IMG/VR virus record: IMGVR_UViG_3300031658_000010
Coordinates: 1-53,415 of that record
Length of the DNA stretch: 53,415 nt
Direction: 5' to 3' (one strand)
DNA from: a virus
Lineage: Duplodnaviria; Caudoviricetes
Below, piece by piece: positions 1 to 10,474 of this stretch. Under the pieces are notes generated by a model, which saw only the letters and a list, made by a program, of their open reading frames with translations, did no database searches and had not been told where the DNA came from. The position numbers were made by a program, and so were the translations under genes. How positions within the stretch are numbered: position 1 is the stretch's first letter; the number at the start of each line of letters is the position of its first letter.

Positions 1-2
1 TA

Positions 3-1271
3 TCTAACTCGGTTGCAACTACTAAAGTTATCGGTACAAATATTTCGCTAGATAATAAAACAAGTTTACTTATTAATGTTGGTCAAGCTATTGCCTTTAC
101 TGGTAGTGGGACTAACCCACAGAGAGTTGGTTTATATTCCAATGTAATAGATACACAAGCAGTATCTGATGGTGAAAGTATACTAACAGATTTAACTACT
201 GATAGTGGAACATGGGCTGGTTATTTTGTAGGCTGTGTAAATATTGATCAAGGCGGATTAGTCCTACCCTCTTCAACTTTTGCTAATAGGCCATTATGTA
301 ATGATATAAGCGGAGGAACTACAGCAGAAAGAACGTTATGGATTAATTCTGCTAACGGTCATTTATATAGAGGAACTACAGATATTGAAACAGGAACTCC
401 TAGTAATACACTGAATGGTTTAGATGATGTAACAATAAGTGGGTTAGCTGATGATAATTTATTAGTATATAATAGCTCAACATCAATGTGGGAGAATGCT
501 GCATTAGCTGCTTATAATTTAGATGCTATCGGTTTAACTAATGGTGGTGTAAGTATTCAATTAAGTGACGGTACTGCGAGTAGTGATATAGATTTACTAC
601 CGGGTACAGGTATAACATTTGCTGTGGATGAAGCTACTGATGAAATAACAATTACAGCAACCGGCGGAGTTGGGGCAACAGGTCCAACTGGTCCAACTGG
701 TCTAACTGGAGCTACTGGCTTAGGTGCAACAGGACCAACTGGCGCCACTGGTCCAACTGGAGCCACTGGTTTAGGTGCAACCGGACCAACTGGCGCAAAT
801 GGAGCGACTGGACCAAATGGAGCGACTGGAGCAAATGGAGCGACTGGACCAAATGGAGCGACTGGAGCAAATGGAGCGACTGGAGCAAATGGAGCGACTG
901 GAGCAGGGGCAACAGGTCCAACTGGAGCAACCGGCCCAACTGGAACTACCGGCCCAACTGGAGCTACTGGGTTTGTTGGAACTGCAACTGCTAACACTGT
1001 CTCAGGTACATTTATTTTAGATCTCAATAATGTTGTAGGTAATTATTATAATATGGGAAGTGTATACACTGGAGCTAATACATTTTCATTAGAAACACCA
1101 ACAGTGTTAGGTGGTTTTGCTAGAGTGTTATTAAATAATGCGACTCAACCAACTATCACGGGTGCAACCCTAATTAAAGGTGATTCATTTGCACCAAGCA
1201 TTGATATGTATATGACTGTTCAGTGGAACGGTTATGTATCGCAATATTGGTTAGAGCAAATTGCACCTTAA
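3..1271 (+). CDS. Collagen-like (Gly-X-Y) tail fibre/virion protein, 5'-truncated by the window
   Basis: The frame of ORF 486..1271 is open back to position 3 ([11 protein letters not shown]...). Long [12 protein letters not shown] collagen tract; [11 protein letters not shown]...[13 protein letters not shown] fibre-type motif. Confidence 0.75.
   Translation, partial: SNSVATTKVIGTNISLDNKTSLLINVGQAIAFTGSGTNPQRVGLYSNVIDTQAVSDGESILTDLTTDSGTWAGYFVGCVNIDQGGLVLPSSTFANRPLCNDISGGTTAERTLWINSANGHLYRGTTDIETGTPSNTLNGLDDVTISGLADDNLLVYNSSTSMWENAALAAYNLDAIGLTNGGVSIQLSDGTASSDIDLLPGTGITFAVDEATDEITITATGGVGATGPTGPTGLTGATGLGATGPTGATGPTGATGLGATGPTGANGATGPNGATGANGATGPNGATGANGATGANGATGAGATGPTGATGPTGTTGPTGATGFVGTATANTVSGTFILDLNNVVGNYYNMGSVYTGANTFSLETPTVLGGFARVLLNNATQPTITGATLIKGDSFAPSIDMYMTVQWNGYVSQYWLEQIAP
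670..970 (+). repeat. Collagen-coding tandem repeats (9/18-bp units such as ggagcgactggaccaaat / ggagcgactggagcaaat)
   Basis: Near-identical 18-bp units are visible at about 801-905; degenerate Gly-X-Y codons flank them. Confidence 0.9.
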
Positions 1272-1289
1272 TAAGATATAAACAACAAT

Positions 1290-2561
1290 ATGAGAAAGAT
1301 AATTTCAGGAAGACGTGGGAGCGGTTCATTAGGTAGTTTTGTTTTTACAATTAATACTGCAATAGCCGGTGACTCTGGTGTAAATTTCTTTAGGATTCCA
1401 ATAGCAAGTGCATTTCCTGGTGGTGGTGGTACTTTTTCATTCATAGCGAATTGGGGGGATGGGACTCCATCAACTATCATCAATGCGTCTAACTACACCA
1501 CAGCAACATTGCATAATTATGGCTCGGCTTCAACATGGACAGTTAAGCTTACTGGTCTTGTACGTGGTTTTGGTTTTGGTAACATGCCAGCGGGTGGTAA
1601 TGATGATGTTAAGATAACAGAAGTCACTCAATGGGGAGATTACATAGGAACACAAAACAGAGTATTCAAGGACTGTACTAACCTATCACTAGTGAGTGCA
1701 GCTGATGCGCCACTATTAGAGCATCAATCTACAGCATTTGAAATGTTTTATAGATGTGCTAATTTAATTGCAATTAATAATATAGCTAACTGGGATACTT
1801 CTAGACTTACCACAATGCAACGGATGTTCAATTTATGTACTAAATTTCAGTTTGGTGATGCACCCGGGAGTACCAACCCAGATTTATCCGCATGGGATGT
1901 TAATAATGTTTCTAACTTCCAAAACATGTTTTATGCAGCTCAGGCATTTAATGGTAAAATGTTTGATGTAACAAGTACAGCTACAGGTTCATCATTAGAC
2001 TATATGTTTTTTAGGGCATATGCATTTAATAATAACGGATCTCCAGATATTGACAACTGGGATGTGAGTAATACGACACAACTGTCAAATGTATTTTTTG
2101 GTGCTAAAGATTTTAATCAGCCACTTAATAACTGGAATGTAAGTAGTGTTACAAGGATGGAGAATTTGTTTAGTGGGTGGAATAATGTAATGACATTTAA
2201 TCAACCGCTTAGTAATTGGGATACTGCTAATGTTACAAGAATGAATGGTATGTTTTTTGATAATCCTGCGTTTGACCAAGACCTAAGAAACTGGAATGTT
2301 AACGCATGGAACAATCCTAATTCTGGTTCGTATGTTAATATAACTGGAAGTGGCACTGGTAACGACTTAACTTTGTCTACTACTAATTATAATGCTTTAT
2401 TAATTGCATGGGACCAATACGCATTCCCATCATGGCCAGGTGGAACCGTTGATTTTGGAAATAGTCAATATTCATTAGTATCACCAGGTGGAGCAGTCGT
2501 AACTGCAAGAAATAGTTTAATTGCTAAATGGGGTGCTATTAGTGATGGTGGTGGAATATAA
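1290..2561 (+). CDS. DUF285/BspA-like leucine-rich-repeat surface protein with an N-terminal PKD-like segment
   Basis: Repeats WDTSRLTTMQRMF, WDVNNVSNFQNMF, FNQPLNNWNVSSVTRM, FNQPLSNWDTANVTRMNGMF; NWGDGT...HNY PKD-like motif. Confidence 0.85.
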   Translation: MRKIISGRRGSGSLGSFVFTINTAIAGDSGVNFFRIPIASAFPGGGGTFSFIANWGDGTPSTIINASNYTTATLHNYGSASTWTVKLTGLVRGFGFGNMPAGGNDDVKITEVTQWGDYIGTQNRVFKDCTNLSLVSAADAPLLEHQSTAFEMFYRCANLIAINNIANWDTSRLTTMQRMFNLCTKFQFGDAPGSTNPDLSAWDVNNVSNFQNMFYAAQAFNGKMFDVTSTATGSSLDYMFFRAYAFNNNGSPDIDNWDVSNTTQLSNVFFGAKDFNQPLNNWNVSSVTRMENLFSGWNNVMTFNQPLSNWDTANVTRMNGMFFDNPAFDQDLRNWNVNAWNNPNSGSYVNITGSGTGNDLTLSTTNYNALLIAWDQYAFPSWPGGTVDFGNSQYSLVSPGGAVVTARNSLIAKWGAISDGGGI

Positions 2562-2574
2562 AATATAACAAAAA

Positions 2575-2814
2575 ATGGCAATAGTTAATTACACAATAAC
2601 CGAAAATACTTTTTTTATTAGTTACCTTGATGGAGAAAAAACTATATATAGATTCTCATCTTTCCCAAGTGGTACTACTGAAAGGCCATGTACACTAAGT
2701 ATTGACAATGGTTTACAGAATACGTATAGTACACTGGAATTATATAATACAGAAATGATTTTACTAGGGCAGCCTCCGTTAGCAGTTGACCCTTTTGGTC
2801 CAGTTCAAATATAG
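2575..2814 (+). CDS. Hypothetical protein (79 aa)
   Basis: ORF packed in the + strand operon with an A-rich leader. Confidence 0.6.
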   Translation: MAIVNYTITENTFFISYLDGEKTIYRFSSFPSGTTERPCTLSIDNGLQNTYSTLELYNTEMILLGQPPLAVDPFGPVQI

Positions 2815-2840
2815 CCTACGCGCTAATTACAAAGATACTT

Positions 2841-2867
2841 AAACAATTATTATATTTAAGGTATAAT
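2841..2867 (+). promoter_or_regulatory. Putative class-2 promoter AAACAA-N15-TATAAT
   Basis: Intergenic; same architecture as copies at 11741, 40651, 49469 and 40336 (-). Confidence 0.5.
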
Positions 2868-2883
2868 AATAAATAGATACCAA

Positions 2884-3423
2884 ATGCAACAAGAAAATAC
2901 AACTAATGATTCTGATGAAGTAATAGAGTCTAAACATTGGCAATGGATAAAGGGTGATTTGATTGGTGATGTAGTTACATTCAAAGACACTGATGACCAG
3001 TGGATTAACTTTAATGAAGGTGGTAGGATTGCAATAGGTTTAAAAGATGAATTTTTAATAAGCCTTGATACTGATATTGCAGGGGCACTAATGCCAAACA
3101 CTGCAATTGGAATTGATCCCTTGGGAATAAGTAAACAATCAAGCATAGCGCCACCACTCAAAATTGCTACCATAACTAAATCCCCAATTAGATTATTGTT
3201 TGATAAGCAGAAAAAGAATGACACAACAAATCTTGTATTAGAATTTCCCGTAAATATTCCACCAAAAGGAATGTATGGCTTGATGAGTACATCCTTTGAT
3301 GAAACTGAAGTAATTACCGAACTCAAAAAATTTATATTAGACCAACTATCAAAAGATGATATATCAGAGTGTTTAACTAAAGGTATAGAATCATTAATCG
3401 AGAGTAAATACAAAGAAGAATAG
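2884..3423 (+). CDS. Hypothetical protein (179 aa)
   Basis: ORF track; co-oriented with neighbours. Confidence 0.7.
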   Translation: MQQENTTNDSDEVIESKHWQWIKGDLIGDVVTFKDTDDQWINFNEGGRIAIGLKDEFLISLDTDIAGALMPNTAIGIDPLGISKQSSIAPPLKIATITKSPIRLLFDKQKKNDTTNLVLEFPVNIPPKGMYGLMSTSFDETEVITELKKFILDQLSKDDISECLTKGIESLIESKYKEE

Positions 3424-3440
3424 CACACTTTATAACTAGT

Positions 3441-3449
3441 AATATATAA
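3441..3449 (+). promoter_or_regulatory. Putative late promoter AATATATAA
   Basis: Starts 22 nt upstream of ATG 3463; recurrent intergenic motif. Confidence 0.6.
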
Positions 3450-3462
3450 TAAAATCAATCAC

Positions 3463-3852
3463 ATGAACGAAGCAAATAACAAAACATCTGGAATTCCTAA
3501 TCGTAGCCAAAGAAGAATGGCAATGAAACACCAAGGGTTATTAAAACAAAAAAGAAACCTTTCATTATCTGACTGGTCTAAGTTATGTACAGAGATCAGG
3601 ATCAAGGGAAACGAAATACACCAAGCAAATGTTGAACGAAATGAAAACGCTATGTTTGCAAGATTAGAGGAAATTGAAGCTAAGAAGATTTCACAATGGA
3701 AAGAAGAAGGTTATAACGATAAAGAAATAGAACAATTAAGAGAAGCTCATGCTCTTACTGCAATCAAAGATAAAAATACTTGGAAAGCTGATAAGAAAAA
3801 AGCTATTGATATAATTAAAGAAACTAGAACAAACCTACAACAAAGATCATAA
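3463..3852 (+). CDS. Hypothetical basic helical protein (PNRSQRR motif)
   Basis: ORF track. Confidence 0.7.
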   Translation: MNEANNKTSGIPNRSQRRMAMKHQGLLKQKRNLSLSDWSKLCTEIRIKGNEIHQANVERNENAMFARLEEIEAKKISQWKEEGYNDKEIEQLREAHALTAIKDKNTWKADKKKAIDIIKETRTNLQQRS

Positions 3853-4188
3853 ATGGTAAAGATAATTTTAGAATCTGCTAGAAATGGCGTAATCAAAAAA
3901 GTCACTGATGATAACTATGGTGGTGGTAAAGAGTACTTTACTTCTACTGATGTTTATGAATCTGCTGACGAGCTTGATAAAAACAAAAAAAGTTATATAA
4001 AAAGATTCTTTTTTGATCTATGTGACGATCTAGGTTTAGAGATTGGTAGCAAGTTCGATAATAATATATTGGATATTACTTCAATATGGGGATCTCATTA
4101 TGAACCTACTGTTAAAGAAATTGAGTCTAAAATAAAAAAGCTTAAAACCGAGCTTATAGAATTAGAAGAATGGAAGAAGAACATATAG
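3853..4188 (+). CDS. Hypothetical protein with C-terminal coiled coil
   Basis: Abuts the previous stop codon (TAA-ATG). Confidence 0.7.
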   Translation: MVKIILESARNGVIKKVTDDNYGGGKEYFTSTDVYESADELDKNKKSYIKRFFFDLCDDLGLEIGSKFDNNILDITSIWGSHYEPTVKEIESKIKKLKTELIELEEWKKNI

Positions 4189-4562
4189 AATTTAATTTCA
4201 TATACTCAGAAGATGCTAGACGTGTCAAAACATTTTTGGGTAATGTACCTAGGAGTATTGAGTGTATAAATTATATGGATATATTTAACAAGCTTACAAA
4301 AAACGATTATTACCAATTTGAGCCATCTGATGCAGTAGTGTCATCTTATCTAATGAGGCAATTACAAAACGCAATAAGTCGTAATATCTCTACTACAATA
4401 TTTTATGTATTAGGAAATCTTGATAAAGATACTGTTAATGGAATACAAGAATATGTAGAATCATTATCCAAAAAACCTATTACATATAAAATCTATCATT
4501 CACCTGATATTATGGTCAATGGCACAGCTGAGCTATTCGATGACATAATAGAATTTGAATGA
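4170..4562 (+). CDS. Hypothetical protein, possibly a degenerate P-loop-kinase-like fold
   Basis: Overlap-coupled ORF; the alpha/beta pattern recalls AAA_33-type kinases but there is no Walker A motif. Confidence 0.5.
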   Translation: MEEEHIEFNFIYSEDARRVKTFLGNVPRSIECINYMDIFNKLTKNDYYQFEPSDAVVSSYLMRQLQNAISRNISTTIFYVLGNLDKDTVNGIQEYVESLSKKPITYKIYHSPDIMVNGTAELFDDIIEFE

Positions 4563-5122
4563 AAACCCACAGAATATTTAATAAAGGACAAACTGTATAT
4601 TGCTTATTAGCATCTCATACAAATCCAAATATACTTTTACCTGTTAAGGGTATTATTCTAGATTCCAAATGGGATCCAGTAAACCCACTCTATCAAATTC
4701 GTCTTGTTAAGTTTTATGATAATATGAAATTCTTAAAACAGCACTTCTTTGATATGAATTTCAGACATGTGTTTCAACACCGAGCAAGGAAGATGATCCT
4801 AAAAGCAGACGACTTTAAAACTACTAGTGTATTAGAGGCTAGGCTAAATGATATAGACCGTGAGAGGTTTTATGTCGTTATAGAATCTGTGATGTGTACT
4901 AAAACTAAAGTTAGTTTATCTGAATTATTTGAAAAGGTTCAATTTTATATGATTTCTAAAAATCTAAAAGAAATACGTGACATTTCAACAAGACCATTCT
5001 TTAAAGGTCCATTGTCACTAGATAGTGTAAAAGAGTTCGATGCTAAGTATAAAAAAGGCTGGTCTGATAAATTCGATAAGAGTAGTTTAAACATTGATAA
5101 GTATCTTAATAGCTTAGGTTAA
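4559..5122 (+). CDS. Hypothetical protein with SH3/KOW-like N-terminus
   Basis: IFNKGQTVY...VKGII...LYQIR pattern; ATGA overlap with the previous gene. Confidence 0.55.
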   Translation: MKTHRIFNKGQTVYCLLASHTNPNILLPVKGIILDSKWDPVNPLYQIRLVKFYDNMKFLKQHFFDMNFRHVFQHRARKMILKADDFKTTSVLEARLNDIDRERFYVVIESVMCTKTKVSLSELFEKVQFYMISKNLKEIRDISTRPFFKGPLSLDSVKEFDAKYKKGWSDKFDKSSLNIDKYLNSLG

Positions 5123-5130
5123 ATATATAA
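5122..5130 (+). promoter_or_regulatory. Putative late promoter AATATATAA, in the loop of an aggtta/taacct hairpin
   Basis: Starts 27 nt upstream of ATG 5149. Confidence 0.65.
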
Positions 5131-5148
5131 TAAAAATAACCTTACTCT

Positions 5149-6942
5149 ATGGGATTTAATCTAAGTGATAGTATACAAAATTTAAATGATGCAATGTTCC
5201 CTGGTCCTAATAAGGCTACGAACAGTATGATTAGTAGTTTTGGTGGCCAGTCAAACGGGTTTGCTAAAGGTATGACAGATAAAACTAGTGATTTGTTTTA
5301 TGTAGAGCGAGCTAAAGCATCAGCAGGTACTGTTGCTATGGGTATTGCAAACCAAGAAATACCACGTTCCATTGCAAATAAATATGCACTGTTTAACTTC
5401 CAGGGCTTTCATGGAAATTTAGCAACACCACAGGGCGATCATTTTATAGATAAAGCAAACAACCCTCTTATGGGTGGTGACGTTGGAGCTAAAACAGTTT
5501 CTATTTCAAAAATTATAAATTATTTTGAGGACAAGTATCCAAAAATAAGTTATAGACCAGCTGATTTTTTATATGGTAAATATTATAAAAAAATACCAGT
5601 TAATCATTTAATTACATTAAGAAGGTTTGCTACTCCTATTGCAGATAACATTTATAATTACAATATCAGACCAAAGGGTGGTGCTAAAGCAGACTCTGTT
5701 GATGCATCGCATGTAGCTGGTGTTACTGCCGTTACTTATCTAGGTGATACTGCTGGTAATAAATTATCGGAGTTGCTTAAATTTTCGTTCGGTTTAAACT
5801 GGAAGAAATTAGAAGCTGAAATGGAAGCAGTTGATACTGGTGGTGCTGGTGGTGGATATACACAGCAGCCATTTTATAGTAAGTTAGGTGGTATTGGGAA
5901 GGCAACTGCTGATGCTGCAAAGGGTGTTAGTTCTGGTGCAAAGTTCAGAGCACAAAATGGATCAGGTTCTTCTACCGCAGATCAATTAGGTACTACTTAT
6001 GCAAATTTTGTACTAGGGCCAATAAATGTAGTAGACGAAACTACAATAAGGGATCGTGGTATAAATTTTGCAAATGACATGAGTCTTACTTTTGAATATG
6101 AATTAAAATCATTAAGTTATGTCAATCCTAAAATAGCAATGATTGATATTATAAGTAACATGCTAGCAATGACTACAAACAATGCCCAATTCTTCGGAGG
6201 TGGTCATAGGTATTATGGTAGTGCAGGTTTTGTCGCTAGTCAATTTGGTGACCCTAGTAAATTAAGAAACGGTGATTTTGCTGGTTATATGGGAAGTGTA
6301 GTTACTGATGTTGAGACTGGTATGAAAGGTTTGTTTGGTGATTCGAGTGGAAACTTTGATGCAAACAGTATTGTAGATGGATTAAAAACTGTAGGAAAAA
6401 CTATGCTAGGTAATATGCTAGGTGGATTTTTAGGTAGCCAAGTAGGTGGACAAACCGGTACACAGGCGACCAAAGCCTTTATTAGTGGTGAACCTACTGG
6501 AGATTGGCATGTAACTGTTGGTAACCCACTTAACCCTATTGTTATGATGGGTAACATGGTTTGTGATAAAGCTACAATGACACTAGGTGCAGGTTTAGGT
6601 TATGACGATTTCCCAATGGAGGTAAAGTTTGATATAGATATGAAACATGGTAAGCCGAGAGATAAAGGTGATATAGAAAATATGTTTAATGCTGGTAACG
6701 GTAGAATATATGCTACAGTACAAGGAGCTGAAGATCTTCTACCAGCAGAAACGCCTTACTTAGGTGGAACTTTTGGTGGAAAGAAAACAAATGGTACTAC
6801 TCACATAGAAGAGTCGACCAATGCACCATCAACTAAAGAAGTAAAAGGAAATGAAGGTTCTAAGAAATCAACAGCTGCCGCGAATACTTCGGTGTCAGGA
6901 GAATATATTAGTAACCTAACCCAGATGTTAATCGACTCATAA
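5149..6942 (+). CDS. Putative baseplate/tail-tube initiator (T4 gp48-like)
   Basis: First gene of the baseplate block; C-terminal tube-like region (FEYELK...WHVTVGNPLNPI...DDFPMEVKFDIDM). Call rests mainly on synteny. Confidence 0.45.
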   Translation: MGFNLSDSIQNLNDAMFPGPNKATNSMISSFGGQSNGFAKGMTDKTSDLFYVERAKASAGTVAMGIANQEIPRSIANKYALFNFQGFHGNLATPQGDHFIDKANNPLMGGDVGAKTVSISKIINYFEDKYPKISYRPADFLYGKYYKKIPVNHLITLRRFATPIADNIYNYNIRPKGGAKADSVDASHVAGVTAVTYLGDTAGNKLSELLKFSFGLNWKKLEAEMEAVDTGGAGGGYTQQPFYSKLGGIGKATADAAKGVSSGAKFRAQNGSGSSTADQLGTTYANFVLGPINVVDETTIRDRGINFANDMSLTFEYELKSLSYVNPKIAMIDIISNMLAMTTNNAQFFGGGHRYYGSAGFVASQFGDPSKLRNGDFAGYMGSVVTDVETGMKGLFGDSSGNFDANSIVDGLKTVGKTMLGNMLGGFLGSQVGGQTGTQATKAFISGEPTGDWHVTVGNPLNPIVMMGNMVCDKATMTLGAGLGYDDFPMEVKFDIDMKHGKPRDKGDIENMFNAGNGRIYATVQGAEDLLPAETPYLGGTFGGKKTNGTTHIEESTNAPSTKEVKGNEGSKKSTAAANTSVSGEYISNLTQMLIDS

Positions 6943-6957
6943 AATAATATAAAGAAA

Positions 6958-7497
6958 ATGAATATTAGGTCTTTAGAATTAAAAAATAAATTAAGCATAG
7001 AAGAAACTGGCGAACAGTACTATGACTTATCAGCCCCGTCTTTTAGTTATAAAAGAGAACTTGGTGTCAAAGCTTTACATTATGTTACTGTAGATCAGGC
7101 TGGTCGTGTTGATAAGATATCCGAGCAGTATTTTGGAACAGGTGCTTATATAGACGCGATATGTATTGTAAACAATATTTTTAATCCATTTTCAGTTTCT
7201 GAAGGTGATATATTAGCAATACCGCAACTCAAGAACGAAGGGCTAGTATATGCAAGACCTAATGCTGCATCACGTCCTAGCGAAACTTTAGCACAATATA
7301 CTAACACAGATAGACAAAGTGCACCTGATCAATCAAGAATACAGAGACTAGCACAATTAGCTAAATCCAAAAAGAATGGTGTTAAATCACCAATCCCACC
7401 AAATATGCTACAACAAGGACAAGAGGCTAAAACATACGCGGGTGGTAAAATTTTATTAGGAGCGAATTTACCAACTAGGACTAAAACAAAAAAATAA
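6958..7497 (+). CDS. LysM-like baseplate wedge protein (T4 gp53-like)
   Basis: HYVT..AGRVDKISEQYFG...ICIVNNIFNPFSVSEGDILAIP is a LysM/gp53 signature. Confidence 0.75.
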   Translation: MNIRSLELKNKLSIEETGEQYYDLSAPSFSYKRELGVKALHYVTVDQAGRVDKISEQYFGTGAYIDAICIVNNIFNPFSVSEGDILAIPQLKNEGLVYARPNAASRPSETLAQYTNTDRQSAPDQSRIQRLAQLAKSKKNGVKSPIPPNMLQQGQEAKTYAGGKILLGANLPTRTKTKK

Positions 7498-7500
7498 GAT

Positions 7501-8982
7501 ATGTCAGAAAGTATAGTTGAAAGAAACATATTAACAATTATAGAACCGTCTATTGAATTGGATCCATTAGAAATATTGGATGCAGAAAGTGGTAGTGATA
7601 ATTCTGATGGATCAACAATGGAACAAAAACCATCGCTGTTTTCTCAAGTAGTTCCTGAGATAAGAGTAAATGGCTACGATGTTCAGATGGATAGATTAAA
7701 TCTATTCTCATTAATGAATGATAAATTCTACCCAACTTGTAAATTACAATTTGCAGATGTTGACGGGTTATTCACTGCAAGGTTTTATCCTAAAGATGGT
7801 GATCTTATGCAAGTTAATATTAGGTCACAGGGTGATGAAACTACATTCAAGCCAATTCGAATAGATTTTACTATCATTGAATGCAAGCCTATTGGTGGAG
7901 GTGGAGAAGCCGCTAACGAATATCTCATAAGAGGTAGAATGTTTGTTCCTAAACTATTTACAGAATCTGTTGATTACGAAGAAGACGTTACTAGCTTTAC
8001 TGCGTTGTCAAATATCGCAGAACGAATGCAATTAGGATTTGCATCTAATGTAGAAGATACTGCAGATGCAATGACCTGGACAAACCCTAATGATACTACT
8101 GAAACTTGGGTACAAGATATTGTAGCAAATAGTTATTTGAATGAAGAAACTTTTTTTACAAGTTACATTGACCCTTACTATTATTTGACTTTAGTAGATG
8201 TTAATAGATTCTTTAGCCAAGAAGGTGCAATCGAAGCTAGTCAAAGTTTTACCACAAATGCTGGTGATACTATGGGGGCAGATGGCGCAGAGGGCCAAAC
8301 TGACGGTATTCCAAACTACTTAAGTAACATGTTACAGTTGCAGGGAACTGCTAGGTATATTGTAAAACACCAAATGGTTAACAAGAGTGGTGCAATAAGC
8401 AAAGCTAATGGCTATAAAAGATATACTCAGTATTGGGACTTAGAATCTAAGGAATGGGTGAGTGAATTTGTCGATCCGTTGACTAACGATACACCTGGTA
8501 TGATACCTGCGACAAAAGGAAGATTGATAGACGGTGAAGTAGAAGGCCCAAGAAATGATCAAGTTAAATATAAGTATCTAGGGACACAGGGTGATAATGT
8601 CCATGCGCAATATCAATACAGTACAGTACTTAATTATCAAAATATAACTGAGATTAATAAGATGGGAATGGTCATATCACTAGATACAATCAATCCTGCT
8701 CTCATGAGATATACTAGAATATATTGCCAGATCTTAGAATTTGCAAGTCCAATAAAAAGTGTTTTACTTGCACCGTCACAAGATGAAATAGAAGGGGATG
8801 AAGCTCCACAGACTAGAGAAGGTGGTCCTGATGAAAATGATAAAGCATCAGAGAGCGGTGTAGTAAACGAATACTTAACTGGGTTTTATGTTATCTCTGG
8901 TGTGGAATGGATATATGCAAAACCTGGACCAATAGGAATGAAATTAACATTACAGCGTAGAGAGTTCACGCCAACAACATAA
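7501..8982 (+). CDS. Putative baseplate hub (T4 gp27-like)
   Basis: Lies between the gp53-like gene and the spike; C-terminal LTGFYVISGVEW...KLTLQRR is typical of hub proteins. Confidence 0.55.
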   Translation: MSESIVERNILTIIEPSIELDPLEILDAESGSDNSDGSTMEQKPSLFSQVVPEIRVNGYDVQMDRLNLFSLMNDKFYPTCKLQFADVDGLFTARFYPKDGDLMQVNIRSQGDETTFKPIRIDFTIIECKPIGGGGEAANEYLIRGRMFVPKLFTESVDYEEDVTSFTALSNIAERMQLGFASNVEDTADAMTWTNPNDTTETWVQDIVANSYLNEETFFTSYIDPYYYLTLVDVNRFFSQEGAIEASQSFTTNAGDTMGADGAEGQTDGIPNYLSNMLQLQGTARYIVKHQMVNKSGAISKANGYKRYTQYWDLESKEWVSEFVDPLTNDTPGMIPATKGRLIDGEVEGPRNDQVKYKYLGTQGDNVHAQYQYSTVLNYQNITEINKMGMVISLDTINPALMRYTRIYCQILEFASPIKSVLLAPSQDEIEGDEAPQTREGGPDENDKASESGVVNEYLTGFYVISGVEWIYAKPGPIGMKLTLQRREFTPTT

Positions 8983-9007
8983 TAAATATAAAAACAATTA
9001 AAAAGAT

Positions 9008-10474
9008 ATGGCAGATTTTTCAAGTATAGCTGGACCGTTTAGTGGTGCATTAGGTGGTAAGTCATTCCCAGCAAGTTATCCATTTGCAAAAAGATTTGTA
9101 CAAAATGCAACATCTGCACAAGGAAGTGGAAATAACGGTGTTACTGCATTAGATGACCCAACTTATTTAGGATTCGGTTTGATGTTTGATATTACGTCTC
9201 CATTATTTAATGCTGCATGGATTGGTGATGTACCACCTGGTGAGGTAGCACCTGAACCAGCAGCAACTAAATTAGATACCTTAGCAGGGAATGTTACTGA
9301 TGGTATTAATGGATTGAAAGATAAGATAGGAGGAGCACTAGGTATAGAAAACTTCGGTGGAGCCAAACCTCTAGAGGCTGGTAATACTGCACCTGCATCA
9401 TTTCCAGCTGAAGCATCAGCAGTAGGCTACTTGCATAAAATTGGGGAAGTTCAGCGAATGAAGTATCTGAAAGCATTTATACAAGGACTATTAGAAGTTA
9501 CTAATACTAGACCATACTACTTCCAAACTATTGCAGGTTTGTTAGAAGCCTGGAGTAAAAGCACCGAATTCACAGAGGATCCTTATACTGGTGTTGACGC
9601 TAAAGATGGTGTTACTATCGGTTGCCTAGAGGCTATAGATTTAAAAATGACTGGGTTGTTTAATTTATATAGAATGGCAGTATATGACGAGAGATACAAA
9701 AGATTTGTCTTGCCAAAAAATTTAATGCGGTTTGATGTATATGTAGACGTTCATGAGATAAGAAGATTTAAAGCAGTGAGAAACTGGCTAAAGGCATTAA
9801 ACCCTAGTGATACAACTAAAGATACTAAAGATTTTGTAAATGAAAATAGTTCACGAATTAGATTTAAATTTACAGAGTGTACATTTGACCCTGCTGCAAG
9901 TGGTAAAGTTTTTGATGGTGTAACTAATGTTGGTGGAAACGTAGCAGCAACCGAAATTAAATTTGGGTATGGGTCACTTGAACTAATGTCGCAGTATTCT
10001 GGGTTTGATGATAGTTTAGATGTTAGTAAACAACAAATTAGTTCTAACCCATCGTTCACAGATAAAATTAAGCAGTTTGGAAAGGCTCAGCTTGACAACG
10101 CAGTGCAGGGTGTTGCTAATAAATTAACATCGGCTGTGAATAGTACAATACAAGGTCTTACTTTGGGAAATGTATTTGGTTTAAGAAATGAATTATTAGG
10201 AACTTTAGCAAACCCGCAAGGTTTACTAAACGCAGCGCTAGGTGCGGCTGGCCAAAGTGGATCATTAGATACATTTGGGCAACCTAATAGAAATAATAAT
10301 CTTGGAGATAATCCATTGAGCGATGCAGTTGCCCCATTACAAACTATTAATTCAAATAGAGCATTTGACGATTCTACGGATAGTCATGGTGGACTAAAAA
10401 CAATTAACGCGTTTGGTGCACCTGGACCTGCGCAAGATAACGGAGGTTTAGCCTCATCAAATATTTTTGAATAA
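9008..10474 (+). CDS. Putative tail-tube-fold baseplate protein (gp54-like)
   Basis: Synteny; tube-like segment (LPKNLMRFDVYVDVHE...FKFTECTF). Confidence 0.4.
   Translation: MADFSSIAGPFSGALGGKSFPASYPFAKRFVQNATSAQGSGNNGVTALDDPTYLGFGLMFDITSPLFNAAWIGDVPPGEVAPEPAATKLDTLAGNVTDGINGLKDKIGGALGIENFGGAKPLEAGNTAPASFPAEASAVGYLHKIGEVQRMKYLKAFIQGLLEVTNTRPYYFQTIAGLLEAWSKSTEFTEDPYTGVDAKDGVTIGCLEAIDLKMTGLFNLYRMAVYDERYKRFVLPKNLMRFDVYVDVHEIRRFKAVRNWLKALNPSDTTKDTKDFVNENSSRIRFKFTECTFDPAASGKVFDGVTNVGGNVAATEIKFGYGSLELMSQYSGFDDSLDVSKQQISSNPSFTDKIKQFGKAQLDNAVQGVANKLTSAVNSTIQGLTLGNVFGLRNELLGTLANPQGLLNAALGAAGQSGSLDTFGQPNRNNNLGDNPLSDAVAPLQTINSNRAFDDSTDSHGGLKTINAFGAPGPAQDNGGLASSNIFE

Noticed and set aside
801-905. 18-bp repeats as a possible CRISPR array
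   Set aside because: No spacers; in-frame collagen coding. No CRISPR array was seen elsewhere.
557-1027. Minus-strand and alternate-frame ORFs over the collagen repeat (557..1027, 712..939, 775..1020)
   Set aside because: Shadows of the repetitive Gly-X-Y coding sequence.
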